From: the human T2T-CHM13v2.0 reference genome, Homo sapiens
NCBI RefSeq assembly: GCF_009914755.1
Contig: NC_060937.1
DNA length: 64,000 nt
Strand: one strand, 5' to 3'
How positions within the stretch are numbered: position 1 is the first letter of the stretch; each line of letters opens with the position of its first letter. Below the pieces are notes generated by a model. The model did no database searches. It saw only the letters and a program-made list of their open reading frames with translations, and had not been told where the DNA came from. The position numbers and the translations under genes are program-made. Shown here piece after piece: positions 42,421 through 58,932 of this stretch.

Positions 42421-43927
42421 ACTTAATCATTTAAATATAAAAATATCTACAATACTATGTAAAAAGAAATTACATTGAAAATGTCATGTGTTGTCCAACC
42501 CCTTTCATTAAAAAATACAGATTTATATTTAAATAATAGTTTCTTCAATATATATTTCCAGAAACTTTTATTTTAGGTTGTGAATCTGCTTCTGGCAACT
42601 TTTTCACGCTACTCCATGCCTTTCTCTACCTTGTCTGTTTGCGTAACAATGTACAACAAACTATTATTTTGAACATAATTGTCTTTCTTAAAGGATTTTT
42701 TTAAAATAAAGTGTCTGAGTGAAAGAATTATTCGATTTAGATGAGTGACAGATGCATAATTTCTTATTATTCAAATACATATTCACAACTGAAAGCATCA
42801 AATGTTACTGTCTATGAGCTTTATGTTTTCATTCTCTGGCCATTTTATTCCTACATTCTATATTTTTAGATTTAGTCTTTTAAAATAACAATTCTCCTTA
42901 TTCTTCTGTGTGATGACAGATTTCTCAAAAAAATCCATAATCTTAGCTTCCTGAACTCCGGTGTAGTTCTCCAATTCTTGCATACAACTGGAGGAAAAGC
43001 AAGTAGAAGATATGAGAAATGAGGATATTCAAAAGTTTTTCTATAAACACTAGTGTTTCTAACTTAGCCAACATCTCTCTGGCCTAACACACTGAAGTGA
43101 GGATTTATTTATTGGCTACTCCTTTTCTCTGTGTAGTCTCCCATCCTGATGGTTATACCTTGAGTTTGCAACAATTCATTTTACCTCCATCAATTTTCTC
43201 TAATTATTATAAAATTTTTGTCCTGCTACTCTGACTTTACATAGCCAGGGTTTTCCTTCTCTTTTCAAAGCAAATGCTTCTTTAAAATTACCCTCTATAG
43301 TATTTTATATGCAATGATTTCAAACCAGTGAGCAGCTCAATTTCCAAGGCTTATAGCATTTTCAAGCTTAATTTAACCAACACAGACAGATTAACAAGAA
43401 GTCCTGGTATTGTGTGTCTGTGTACCACCTTTGCTTTTATCTGCATCCTTCTCAAATCTAGATTGTTAACCTAATTTTCTGAAGGATCCACAATAAATTG
43501 AAGGCAGGAAGTTTATATGAGGTATTACCAAATACCTACTACTATGTGTCATTTCTTACAATTATACACAGAGTATGAAAAAAATTGCATTTTTTCACGC
43601 AACTACAACAATGGCAGAAACAATTGATGCCTAAAATGTCCTGTATACAGGAGGACAGAATGGGATCAAAAAATTGAGTCACATTTGCCTGTTTCTACAA
43701 ATATTCACCTTGCATCCCTCAAGTTTCAACACATACAGTAACAGCAGCAGCAGTGACAGTCATCAGCACTTTTCACTTTGATTTGAATATCAACTTGCAA
43801 ATTCACTGATACCAGACTAACTATCACTGAAGAGCCTTGTCATTAGATTATTTTAACTTTTATCTAAGGAAGACATTCTGAAAATAGTTTCAATAAAATA
43901 AAATATGTGACATTCATATTAAAAATT

Positions 43928-44309
43928 ATCTGAGTTGGCTGCCGTGTGTTCCTATAACAGAACACCAGAGACAGGGTAATTTTTAAAGAATATACATTTA
44001 TTTCTTTTTTTTCCTATAGTTTTAGAGGCTGGGAAGTCCAAGGTGGGGGTTCCCACATCATGTGAAGGGCTCCTTGCTTCATCATTCCACAGTGGAAGGC
44101 GGAAGGGCAGGAGATCATGTTTGCAAAGGGAAGAGGGAATCCAGCTAGCTTTTATAACAAGCCCACTGCTGATAACTAACTCATTCACGGTAAGGACATT
44201 AATCCATCACTGGGGCTTTGCCTGATGACCTAATCATCTCTGTAGGCCTCACCTCCCAACACTGTCACATAGGGGATTAAGTTTGAGAGACATTTTCAAA
44301 CCATAGCAA
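43928..44309 (-). mobile_element. MSTC/MSTD-like solo LTR
   Basis: CTATAACAGAACACC..GGGTAATTT..GAGGCTGGGAAGTCCAAG...CACCTCCCAACACTG...CAAACCATAGCA. Confidence 0.85.
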
Positions 44310-44478
44310 TGACTGAAGAGCAAACTCTTCCTGGATATTATCCCATCGAGTTCACCTTTTTGTTATAATTGCCATTGTAAGACATACAACTGTAAGTAAA
44401 TCTTGCAAGGTAAAACAAGTATCCTGCTATTCCTTAGTTGTCATAAGTATATCAGTAAGTCGATACTAAAGACACCAC

Positions 44479-46945
<2,467 letters not shown>

Positions 46946-49900
46946 TTACAAAACAAAATCAATGATTTTCAGTAGAGATTATAGCAAATTTTTCTCTGTA
47001 AATTGTAAAGACAGATTACAAATTCACTTCTGTAAGAACATGCTTTATAGTTATGCTATTAAAGTAGAAAAAAGTTTTAGAACATTTTAGGGTATATTAA
47101 CTTTTGAGGTTAAGCTAGCTCCAGTTCAAAAAGTTTTAAGCAATTTGAATCAGATAAATTTACTTTGTACAATAACCTCAAAAATCAAGTGGAAATTGAA
47201 GGTAATACCATTAAACCCATTTCAAAGTGGTTCAAACAAATCCGATTTTAGTAAGAAAAAATATATAAAGTAAAATTATTTTTCTTTTGTTGGCAGTGTC
47301 TTTATGACTGTAGTATTGAGGTCATTTAAACTAACAGTGGCTAAAAAAGAAAGATAAGAGTGTTCAGCTTTTTAAAATAATGGAAAAAACTGTAGCTTTA
47401 CATTGGATTTTATATTGAAATACTTTAGTCAAAGTTCGCTTTGAAGGTAATGGAGGATAAACTAATCTCCCATCGAGAACTGACCATGTGAAATCATAAC
47501 ATATGAACTTAGTAATTTTAAATCTACTGAAGCATAACCGCAGAGTGTAATTTAAAATCTAAACCTTGGCAGAGATCAGGAAAGAGGGAGAGAAAGCAAG
47601 ATTAGAATGAATGATAGCGAACTCTGTAGAGAGGAAAAGAGGTGAGAATATCACCCTACCTAACATTGAATTGATACCATTTTATAGCAAGTTCCAGCCC
47701 CATGATTTTAGTAAATACCTGTAAAAGCTATTGAGGAGCAAGCTGTTAGCCTCACCTTAACATAGCAGAACGTGTTCTTTTTGCTTTTTATTGGACATCT
47801 TTATTGCTAAAACAAGAGCACTTTCAATGGTAGTACTCGTTTCCATTTTTGAACTTGTCACCATGCCTATAAGTGTCTTGTAAAAGATAATTCTCGATAA
47901 TTTGAATTGGTTTAAATTTCTCACTCAGAGTATATTAATGTTTATGTGGGGTAATGGGACATATTCATTTTTCATATAGGCTACTTAAATCCTAAAAGAC
48001 ATTAAGATTTTAGAAAAATTGTATGCTTCTATTAATAATAATGTGGAGAATATTGGAAAACTTACCACAAATCTATCACTAACAAATATTAAAGAAATAC
48101 ATTTATATACCCTTCCCTACCAATATTCGAAATATAGAAAAAACAATTTCACTATAATATTTTGTTAAATTAGTTTTAACAATAATAACGACAAGAAAAA
48201 TATTTATTAGTGATATTTAAGGGCTGAATAAAGGTCTTAACATATAATATCTCATTTAACACATTCTTTCACATGATGAGAAGGTCATTGCTATCATTTT
48301 AGCACTAGCTTTGAGAGTGAGCTTAGGTAGTCCAGTTTTGAAAATTGAAGCAAATGGGCAACTGGGCCTATTTTTAGACTATTTTAATCTCCTTTTCTAC
48401 CAAGCAAACAAATTGGACTCTGAAGTATAAATCCAACATTTAAAAATATATGTTAAGGAGACAGGGCTTCCTGATGTCTCTTTGCTATTCCCAGAGGCCT
48501 AATGGACAAGGTGGTGTGTGTGGAGTGAGGACCTCCAGGATAGTGAAAATCAGATCTTCTCAACATCTGGAGAGGCCCCATTCACTCTCAGAAGTCCAAA
48601 CCTCTTATCATTTAAAGACATTCTGGCTGGGTCACAGTTGCATTCTTTTCTAAACTAATTGCCATATTGTTAAACTTATTCTTTTTGCTTGCATACTGTT
48701 ATAAGGTGCATTTTTGGGGGTAAATACAGAGATAACTTATTAGTATACTTTGACATAGGTAAGCCTCAAAAAGCTCAGTTTATTATAACTTGATGGCCCT
48801 CATGCTTGCAGACATAACTCAAACAAGATCATTAGCAACCCAAATAATATTGTGAGATATATGTGAGTAACATTTGACAGATATGCAAACATACAAACAT
48901 GCACAGATATAGGTATCTAGAATTTTTAACTTTTTAGAGGTTTACAGGTGATTGCACAGGTACTGTAGCGGAAAGCTGAAAATTATTGATTGAGTTTCTT
49001 TTGTATATAAAACACTACCGGAGATAGCGAGTTGTTTCTTTTAGAAAACATTCTTGTTTGTCTACAGAAGATAAAATCATCAGTAAATATGAGACCAATC
49101 ACAAAATAAAAGAGCTGACATATTAGATTTGATAGTCTTCATCACTGATCCTCAAAGGCAAGTTTATGTCTGTCTGAGTCACATTCCAGACACATGGGCC
49201 AATGCATATAATTGTCTACTTGGCAAGCTCCAGATGAAATATGGAAGAGTTAGAAGATTAGCATTAGAATTCTCCTTCTAATACTGACTTCTTTCATAGT
49301 GATGTTCGAAATTCATCTCATGCAGCATACTTCCCTGACACTTCTGGCAGAGAGAACTGTCTCTCCTTTTTCAAATGTTACTGTTGATAAATGTATTTTC
49401 TTTTCAAATTTACATAAAATCTTCATAAAAGAAAGACATAAAAGCAGGGAGAGAATCAATATAGATAAAGGAAAAAATACCATAGAATTATTCCCTATGT
49501 GGAGACTTTATACTTGGTATTTGTCCTGGTAATATAGTTGTCTATAGCCATTCATAGACACATATAAATATGTGTAAACTTACTTTACTTTTTCTTTTTA
49601 CACTGTAAGCATTGGAAGGGCAGAAATAGGTAAGAGAAGGTGTTCACATAACCGCATGTTGGCCCAGCAGATGTCTGTTTCTATCAAGTAGAAGGGAGAC
49701 TAGAATGTCAATTTGATCAATCCCAATAAACATATAAAGCACGTGTACTTGGGGCTACAATCATCCATGGTAAAGAGAAACTCAGGGGGCTCCTGAGGAT
49801 TAGCAGCTCTCATCTCTCACCCACCTATGGCTTATCTCTGAAATGGGGCAAGGTTTGGAGAAGTGATGAACACAGCTACAACTAATTTAGAACAGAGCTT

Positions 49901-50039
49901 TAAGACAAAAGCACTTGATGCAAGACATTTGGCTCAATGGAGTTTAGAATCTACTTGGTAGTCATGATTTCTGATCAAGAAAACCACAGAAGAGGGACAT
50001 CTTGTCAGAACACAACATCCTATGTGTAAGTTTGCTGTT

Positions 50040-50200
50040 ATAAGTGAGAGGTCAGAAAAAACACCAATGATAAAATGACATTTGAACAGAAGCCCTGAAA
50101 GAGGGGAGAAAGAAAGCCATTGGAATTACTAATGTGTATGGGAGAAGGCATTTAGGTAGAGAGAATAAAATTACTAAAATAATTGTCACTAGTTGCAATG
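50040..50200 (-). mobile_element. L2 fragment
   Basis: GGTCAGAAAA...TGACATTTGAACAGAAGCCCTGAA...AGCCAT. Confidence 0.55.
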
Positions 50201-52811
50201 CCCTGTGACTTCCAACTTTCTTCAATAAAAGAAACACATAACTTAAAATAATACATATCAAAATCTAACAAATGGAAGGCTTGACAGAAAAAATATCCTT
50301 TATTTAATAATATAAGCGAGTATCAGAAATGATAGTATTTGTAAGTGGAATGTTGGCGAGGACGCAATCAATGTCCCTATATATGTTTAAGGCAACAAAT
50401 GTGGTACCACTTCAATGGAGAATAAGTAGATGCCTTTCTTGTTAAAAGCAACTAAATCACAATTGAAATGAGTAATCAATTTGAAAGAACCCTTTTACAG
50501 AGTCACCATTGATCATTTTCTTGCACTTTACCTCATGCATCTGCATTTGCTTGATGGAACTTAAACCAAGACACGCATAAGTTTACTGTCTAGGACATTA
50601 AGAAATACACCATTGAAGTAAAAATAAAGTATTTTAAGATTCAGATTGTAATGTAAAAACAAACATCAGAGCTTTAAATAGTCATGTTTCACAAAGTTTC
50701 AAGAAAAGACAGACCTACAAAACACTATCTGGAATTAATTTATAATAAAATCTTTGAATCCTGCTCCCTTTTTGCAGATCATATTTTGAAATTCTTGTTT
50801 AAAGCTATGTTTTATTCCTTTAAGGAAGTCTAATTTACTTTTAATATTTGTCCTCTAGAATCTATTTGTTTGAAAGAGACAAAAATTTATGTTCCCATTA
50901 TCAGTATTTTATTTTCAAAGACTGTGTCTATTAAGTCGTCAGATTTTTATATACCTATGTAACTGTGCTCTTTAAAATGCCATCCGCTTGCTTTATGTTG
51001 AGTTCAATAAACTATTTATGCATGCCCTGGGGAAAAATTCTTATATAAACTCATCTCTTTAACAATGTGTAGGTGATTTCTGTAAGCCATTTGGATATAT
51101 CATTGTTTAAATAATTTCTGGTGTTGAACTTCTTTTAGATCTGTGATAGAAGAGCTCAACTTAAAAAATTTCATGATCTGTATAAAGGAACTGATTTAAA
51201 GGCAACAATGCCAAAAATTAAGTTGTTAGATTGGAAAATTAAATAATAACAAAAGGGGCACTTTTAGTTTTAGATTTAGGTAATCTGAGTTTCTAATTTA
51301 ACAACAGAATTGGAAAGGGAATAAAGCAAGTACATTTTTATGTGTTTAAAGTGAGAAGTCTAGATTAGATTACTTGGGTTAGAATTATAAATATACATAG
51401 GACTTAACTTTCAGGGACATGTGTGTCTGAATGTTCATAAACAGAAAAAATGACTTGGGAATAGCAGATGACTGTTAGTATCTTCACAATGCTGAGCCCA
51501 TTTGCTGCTCTCTACTAGGGAGAGAGAGTACAGCCAACTTGGAAGCAGAGCTAATAGTTGGAAAATATTTTTGCCATTGGAGAACATGCAGGATCACCAG
51601 TGCAGGGAAAAAACATGAGCCCTGGTCCTCTGATGTAATAGGAAGGTCTTCTTTGAATTTCTTTCTAGGTAGTCCAGCAGTAGGTATTTACTTGGGCAGT
51701 AATATTTCAGTCGTATGTCACTGAAATTTTGCTCATGCACCTACTTCACTTCCATTAAATATCCCAGGAGATTATTAAGCCCCCTCCTTGATCACACTTC
51801 AGTAACAGGAAGTAAGGTGATCTTTTGACCCATGGAAAGGCAAAATTGGAATGTCTGGGAAAACCAAGCCCAGCATATGTGTGGTGAACTCTTCACTCGT
51901 TACACAGAGTTAATTATTTTTATAGACCCTAGTTCAGCAAATGCCTACATTCCTTACAGCCTCTTCTGTCTCATCTTGATTGTCTCCTTCTTAAATCCCA
52001 TAAATGGTAGATAACGACCTCCAAATTGGGATGCAAGTAACTCAGTCAGTATTCAAGAAAATACAAGTCATTGTGGGAAAACCATTTGAACATTTATTTA
52101 CTCTTTTAAAATTTATATTTTGGTATATCTTTTATAATGTCCAAATATATTTAGATTGCATACCAATGAATGTATAATATTAATAGATGCATGCTTATTT
52201 ATTTGTTTTGTGTATTTGTGTGATCATAGTTGAGATTAACTGGGATACTCGAAGTTCAGGTTTTTCAAAAAACAAAATTAGATTTAAACATCTGTTGAAA
52301 TGCTAGGTGGAGAAAGAGATACAAAGGGAGTCCATAAATAGAATTTTATTGCTACATTGCCTAGTATTTCCTGCATCTCACTCTCAGTATTCTACTTTTT
52401 ATAGCAACTCTCTTCATCCTTGTTTGGCAAGGATAATACTGGTAGATACTGTACAGATATGATTTGATGATACAGATTTCCCTACATATTTTCTAATTTT
52501 GTCAAAGTAGATAAATTTAAAGATATATTTTAGAAAAGACAGGAAATAAATACTTATTTTCTTCTACTGGTGTTTTTCTCAATTGCCTTTTAAATGCTTC
52601 TTCCAAGCTGACATATTTCTAGGAAAAGATCTATTTCAAAAATTCCATGTTTACCTTAGGGAAGACAGGCCTATGAATTTTATGAATTTACCCCTTGCAA
52701 TTCTGGCAAGATCTTAGTTCTCAGGATGTGGTACTTTCAAATGGGATATTATCATCATCTCTGCATCACCATTTATTCACCAATTGTGGGTGAGGGGCGG
52801 GGGGAGGGAAC

Positions 52812-52872
52812 ACCTTATAAGTGAGAACATGCGATATTTGATTGTCTGTTCTTGTGTTAGTTCACTTAGGAT
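52812..52872 (-). mobile_element. ~60-bp L1PB/L1PA ORF2-end fragment
   Basis: CTTATAAGTGAGAACATGCGATATTTG..TGTTCTTGTGTTAGTTCACTTAGGAT. Confidence 0.75.
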
Positions 52873-54235
52873 TTTGATGTCTTTTTAGATATTATCTCAA
52901 CACTTACAGTATGTGAATTTAAGTCTGTCATTACTTGATAAATACAGTATAAATAATCTTTTATTGCATTCTCCAGATTTAAGTGTCTTTTCTGCCACTG
53001 TGCAGGTCCAGCTGCGACTTGGCCCTCCCCAGACATATTTTGCATGGATAATGCATTTGCATTTTAAGATTCATCTGTTATTTTGATTCTCTCTTCCACA
53101 GCAGTTTATTTGATTTCTTGTCTAGTGAAATCATCCTCATCAGAGTTCTTTTTATTCTAGTTTCTGCATTATTTTACTAGCAATGAAAATTTGCTTATTG
53201 AGACATCTTGTCACCCTTAGGACAGAAAAAAGGCTGTAGATTTTTAGGCAGCAGCAGATCAATCATTCTTCCATTTACCAGCATGGAAACCAATTTGGCA
53301 GAGATGTAATGTGAGAATATGCCCTGGCTTTATGAGTTATTACGACATAATGCCATGTGTAACTGATGCTATTTTCTACATAAAATTATTTTATGCAGTT
53401 TTACAATTCACATAAGATAGCATGGCGTTAACTTAGAAAAAATAAATTTTAAGTATCTTACCAAGTATAAAAAGAGGAAAGAGTAGCAAAGAGAGTGAGA
53501 TATAGGAAGAACAAAAAAGAAAATAGAAAACATTTATAAAGGAATAATAAAATTGTTGCATTACAAAATTTATGATTGGCAGCATTGCCATCATTCTTTT
53601 GAGTCAAGACAGTATGTTAATGAGCCTATTCATGCAACCAGGTATGAATGTAGAAGTATGCATAAAGTTATAACTCTTATTTGTATAAAGTTATATTGCA
53701 GATTAGAAGTTCGTGAAAAACATAATGCATGTTAAAGTATCAAATTTTCTCTACTGATGCCAGCACATGCTCTCCATTCTAGTACTATATCTAGTTTTAA
53801 TAATCTGCACTTTGACAAAAAATATTTAAAAGGCAAACTTCAATGTTTCTATTTCCAGATATATATATGACAATTGTATTTTCAAAAACTTATATCTAAA
53901 AGCTTGGTTTTCCAAATTAAATATGTTTTGTTGTAGTTTAATAGGATACTATGAAGCATAAAGGGCTGGTTTCCAACAGCCTCTACCTCAATTATGACTG
54001 ACCTGGTGATGATCTTTTTCCCTGTTACTCAGCTTCCACCTTGTAATAAGCAATATAGAATATTGGGGAAAATGAAAATTCAAGTATTATAAGCAGAACA
54101 TTTAAGGTTGTGGAGTGGTACTGGTCTTGGGTTTATGCAATGAAATTTAAAATACTACTACTAATAATAATTAATGAATCCTTACTATATGTTTGGCACT
54201 TCACATGAGTGTAAACGCTTCATATAAACACAAAC

Positions 54236-56566
54236 CATACATTGCAATACTTGCAGTGTAGAGAAAGGTAAACAAATGTGAAGATATAATATTAAATCAT
54301 AACTACATACAATTAAATGTAGTACATACTATACAACTGTAATTATTTCTTAGCCACCTCCTGTTGCTAATGCAGTGAGCTCAAGTGTTGCAAGTATGTT
54401 CTTAAAATGTCTTATGACACTAGTTGTCTCTGTGTGAGCAGTTCATCTCTCCAGTAAATTGGATAACCCAGTAAAAAGTGATCACTCACCATCCTTGTGT
54501 GTTTTCAATTGTGTTTAATGCAATACGATAAACCTTGAATAACACCATGGAACCCATACAAACTGCCACTAGTGATGCTGGAGGTGCTCCCAAGAAGCAG
54601 AGAATAGTCATGACATTATAATAAGAAGTTGTTATGATATGTACCATAGATTAAGATCTGTAGCTGTAGCTGCCCATCATTTCAAGATAAATGAATTCAG
54701 CACAGACAAACGTTAAAATAGAAAAGGAAATTTGTGAAGCCATCACTGAAGTTATACCAGCAGGATCAAAAACCTTACACTTCTTGCGAAATGCCTTTCT
54801 ATCTTGTACTGAAAATGCACCTTCTACATAGGTGCAGAATTGCTATGAAAAGACATATTTACAGATTCTAATGTGATTCTAGAAAAAGTGAAATCATTGT
54901 ATGACAACTTAATGCTAAAGGAAGGTGGAGGATCCAAATCTGGATAATTTAATGCCAGCAAAGGATGGCTTGATATTTTTAAAAAGAGGCCTGGCTTCAA
55001 ACATGTAAAGATAACAAGGGAAGCAGCTTCTGCTGACCAAGAGGAAGCAAACAAATCCCCAGAAGCCATTAAGAAAGTCATTGAGGACAAAGGATATCTT
55101 CCTGAATCGGTTTTTTGTTTTGTTTTTTTTTTAATTTTAATGAAGACAAAAGTGCCACAAAGGGCATCTGTTGCTAAGGAAGAGAAGCAAGCACCAGGAT
55201 TTAAGGCAGGAAGGAATAGGCCAACTCTACTGTTTTGTGCAAATGCTGTCAGACTGCCCTTATCTATAAAGCTGCTAACCTCTGAGTCTTCTAGGGGAGA
55301 GATAAATACCAGCTGCCAGTCTTTAGTTGCACAACAAGAAGGCCTGGACAATGAGAACCCTTTTACTGAACTGATTCCGTCAATGCTTTGTCCTTAAAGT
55401 TGGGAAGTGCCTTGCCTTTTAAAATTTGATATTGACAATGTTTCTGGGCACCCAGAACCCCATGATTCAACATGGGAAGGTGTCAAGGTTGTCTACTTAT
55501 CCCTAAACACAATGTCCCTACTTCAGCCTCTATATCGGGGGTCATAAGAACCTTTAAGTTTCATTCTACATGGTACTCTATGGAAAGGATTCCCAATGCT
55601 AAGGAAGAGAGCTCCAATAGAGAGAACAATATAAAAATCTGGAAGGATTATGCCATTGAAGATGTCATCATTTTTATAGAAAATGCCATGAAAGCTATCA
55701 AGCCTGAAGCAGTAAGTTCCTGCTGGATAAAAAAGGGCATCTATATGGTATGCATGACTTCACAGGATTTATGACAGAGTTGATCAAGGCAATCATGAAA
55801 GAGATTGTGGATGTGGCAAAAAAAAAGGGAAGTGAGGGGTTTCAAGACAGATATTGGAGAAATTCAAGAACTAATAGACACCACACCAGAGGAGTTAACT
55901 GAAGATGACTTGAGGGAGATGACTGCTTCCAAACCAGCACCAGACAATGAGGAAAAAGACTTAGAAGAGGCCAAAAACAGAGTGACATCAGACAACCTAA
56001 CTGAAAGGTTTCAATTTCAAGACTGCTTTTGACTTCTTTTATAACATGGGCCCTTCTGTCATATGGACACTGAAACTGAAGCAATTGGTGAAAGAAGAAT
56101 TGGTACCATATAGAAGCATTTAGAAAAATGGAAATAAAAAGAGAGAAATTATAAAGTGTTTCTATAAAGTTATACCAAGTGTGCCTGCCCCTCCTGCCTC
56201 CTCCTCCACCTCTGGACCCCTGAGACACCAAGATCAGCCCTCCTCTGCCTCCTCCTCTTCAGCCTACTCAAGATGAGGGTGATGACATTTATGAGGAACC
56301 CCTTCCACCTAATGAATAATAAATACATTTTTCTTCCTTATGATTTTGTTTTCTCTAACTTACTTTATTATACAAATACAATTTGCAATGCATAAAACTT
56401 ACAAAATGGGTGTTAATCAACTTCATTTTGTTGATAAGGCTTCTGATCAACAGTTGGTAATTAGTAGTTAAAATTTGGAGAAGTGAAAAGTTATATGCTT
56501 AATTTTGACTTTGCAGGGGGCGGAGGTTCAAGCTTCCTAATCCTATGATTGCTCAAGGGTCAACTG
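54236..56566 (+). mobile_element. Tigger2 (pogo-like DNA transposon), left end missing
   Basis: Right TIR ...CTCAAGGGTCAACTG followed by TA (56567-56568). Tigger2 internal motifs GCCACCTCCTGTTGC..GTGAGCTCAAG and CTCCAGTAAATTG. Confidence 0.93.
54547..56150 (+). pseudogene. Tigger2 CENP-B/pogo-family transposase, decayed
   Basis: Starts MEPIQTATSDAGGAPKKQRIVMTL*. Fragments KEEKQAPGFKAGRNRPTLLFCANA, ENNIKIWKDYAIEDVIIFIENAMKAIKPE and GEIQELIDTTPEELTEDDL. Many stops and frameshifts. Confidence 0.88.
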
Positions 56567-56679
56567 TATTTGTTGAAAGAAAAGTAGCCATTCATTTATT
56601 TATTCATTCAAACTGGATTTATTGAGTGTTGACTGTGTGTCAATAAATATATCTAAAAATTTCCTTATTCTTTTTATTT

Positions 56680-57050
56680 ATGTTTGTTTCCATTTTTTCT
56701 CTTTTACAGTTATTGCTGACATTAGTATTTTTGCACCAAACCAATTGGCTGTGTTACAGCAGAAATACTGAATTAAAGTGTAGGTACTTTATAAAGTATT
56801 TTGAAACTATTGTCAAATTTCCTTCCAGATATGTACAAATTATAGGACCGTGAATAGTGTAAAGATGTAGTTGTATCTTGTCTTTTTATCCTTTCCATTT
56901 TTGATTATTAGATCAAGTAGATCAACTATTTTAGCTGTTATTTTTCTAATTTTAAAATAATCTTTTTTGAGGCATTTATGTTCTTTATAATTTTTCTCTA
57001 AACAGTAAGTTAATTCTCTTGTTGATGGAAATTTTAATGGTTTCTGATTT
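56680..57050 (-). mobile_element. Old L1ME-type fragment
   Basis: AAACTATTGTCAAATTTCCTTCCA..ATGTACAAATTTATA, plus T-rich antisense composition. Confidence 0.45.
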
Positions 57051-57849
57051 TTCTCTAAAACTGGTTATGAATCACGTCATGTTTCAAAACATTTGACTTG
57101 TCTTCAGCAAAATGATAGCCGTTTATAGCAAACTGGAAGTTGTACAGCAAATGCTTTGGTTTCTAAAACCAGGCTTTTTGAGTTCTAGATTCTCAGAACT
57201 CAGTTTTACATTTCAAAAGCTCTGTCTGATAGTCCAGGGTTTTCATAAAGTATCACAGAGTCATTCCAGAGCAGTAGTAAGGCAAGTACATGCTGTATTA
57301 TGAAAAATGAAAATTCCTTTCTGTCACTACTGTCGAGGGATGAGAGGAGAGTGGGAAAAAGGTGGGAGAGAGAAAGAAAACAGTGAGAAAATGAAAGAGA
57401 GGGAAAGAACCAGAGTGTTTGATTTTGCAAATGTTAATCTCTCTTAACCACAGGCAATGGAGGCTCCAAATTCCCTTACTCTGCAATCCAAGGCAATATG
57501 TTAAGCCTCCTGGAAATGTAGATCACATCCTGGGAGAAGGGCAAGGAAAGGAGAAGAAGAAAGTAACCATAAAACAATCCTATTATTGAAGCGAGTACAT
57601 TGTTTGCCTTAAGAGTTGATTGAAGAGCAGTTGAGTTCAGTTATAGAAAATACTTAACATCGTCCCATCTGATTTGTAGAATGTAAATATTCCCCCTTTC
57701 TACACACAGTCTTCAAAGTTTCGTGAGAACAAATCTTGTCATGCGTGGACCTCATATGTTGTCACATTACAGTGAAATATGAGGAGATCTGGTAAACTTG
57801 GAGGAAGTAATTGCTATGGCTAAATTGCCGCAGATATTAGAAAAATGTA

Positions 57850-57990
57850 ATTTGGAGTGAAACTGCTTTTGGGACTTGTTCTGCTTCTGCCAATTTCTAT
57901 TTGTGTGACTTGGACACATTGTTTAACCTCTCTGCACATGATTTTCTCGCCAGTGGAGCGTCCAGCTGTTGTGATAATTTGTATGGGGAC
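57850..57990 (+). mobile_element. MIR fragment
   Basis: TTGTGTGACTTGGACACATTGTTTAACCTCTCTG. Confidence 0.65.
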
Positions 57991-58804
57991 AAGGTGCACA
58001 CTTCAGGAGAGCCCATTGCTGTGTCCTCTCCAATCCGGTCCTTGGCCCTTGGTTCTTACTCGGAGGGTTTCCTGTCCGTGAGAGGCGATCTCATAGGGCT
58101 TCTCTCTCTGCTGACATTCCTTTTCTATTACAGTCTCTAGGGAAAGAAAAGCTTACCAAATACATTCTGTATATTTATGTTTCATTCTTAAACCTGTGGC
58201 TTTCTTAAATCTTAGTTTTGGTTTATTTGAGGTCTGGAAAAGGATAAAATGGAACTTGGGATACTGGTGAGAATGCAGATGGGGAGAAAAAAATTATAAT
58301 TCACACAGCTATATCCTTTAATATACAACCTTGCCACCTGTGTTCTGAATGTCTATATGTTTAGAGCATTTAGTACAAACTCTGGAAAAATAAAGACCTT
58401 CAAAATAAAAGTGTATTGTTTTGGAGTTGTTATCATTGGTGGTTGAGTCCAAGTGAATTTCAGCAGGAAATGACAAGCATGTATGCATTTTGGAAAGGAA
58501 GTGAAAACTGGTGGAAAAGATAAAATCCTATGGGAAAGTAGAGGCGTGATACAATTAAAGATAAAATTAGAGTCTAACTAGTCTGATAGTTAGGAAATGC
58601 ACAGAGAGTCATATACTGAAAACATGATTCCCTCAAGTTCGTGGTCAACTAGTGGGAAGTCTGGAAATAAGACTTGGTGATGAAGTGAGCCCCAGCTCCA
58701 AGTTGATGTATTAAGTTGAGTAGACCAGGTGCCTAGCCATGGAAGAAAAGTATAAAAGATGCAAGGAAGCCTCTGGAAAACTTTGTACAAATCAGATAAC
58801 CTGG

Positions 58805-58932
58805 TGATATGTTTTGGATTTGTGTCCCGGCCCAAATCTCATGTCAAATTGTAATCCTCAGTGTTGGAGGGGGGGCCTGGTGGGAGGTGATGGGATCATG
58901 GGAAAGATTTTCCCCTTGGTGTTCTCATGATA
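58805..58932 (+). mobile_element. MSTA LTR, 5' 128 bp only
   Basis: TGATATGTTTTGGATTTGTGTCCC..CCCAAATCTCATGTCAAATTGTAATCC...GTTCTCATGATA. Confidence 0.88.
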
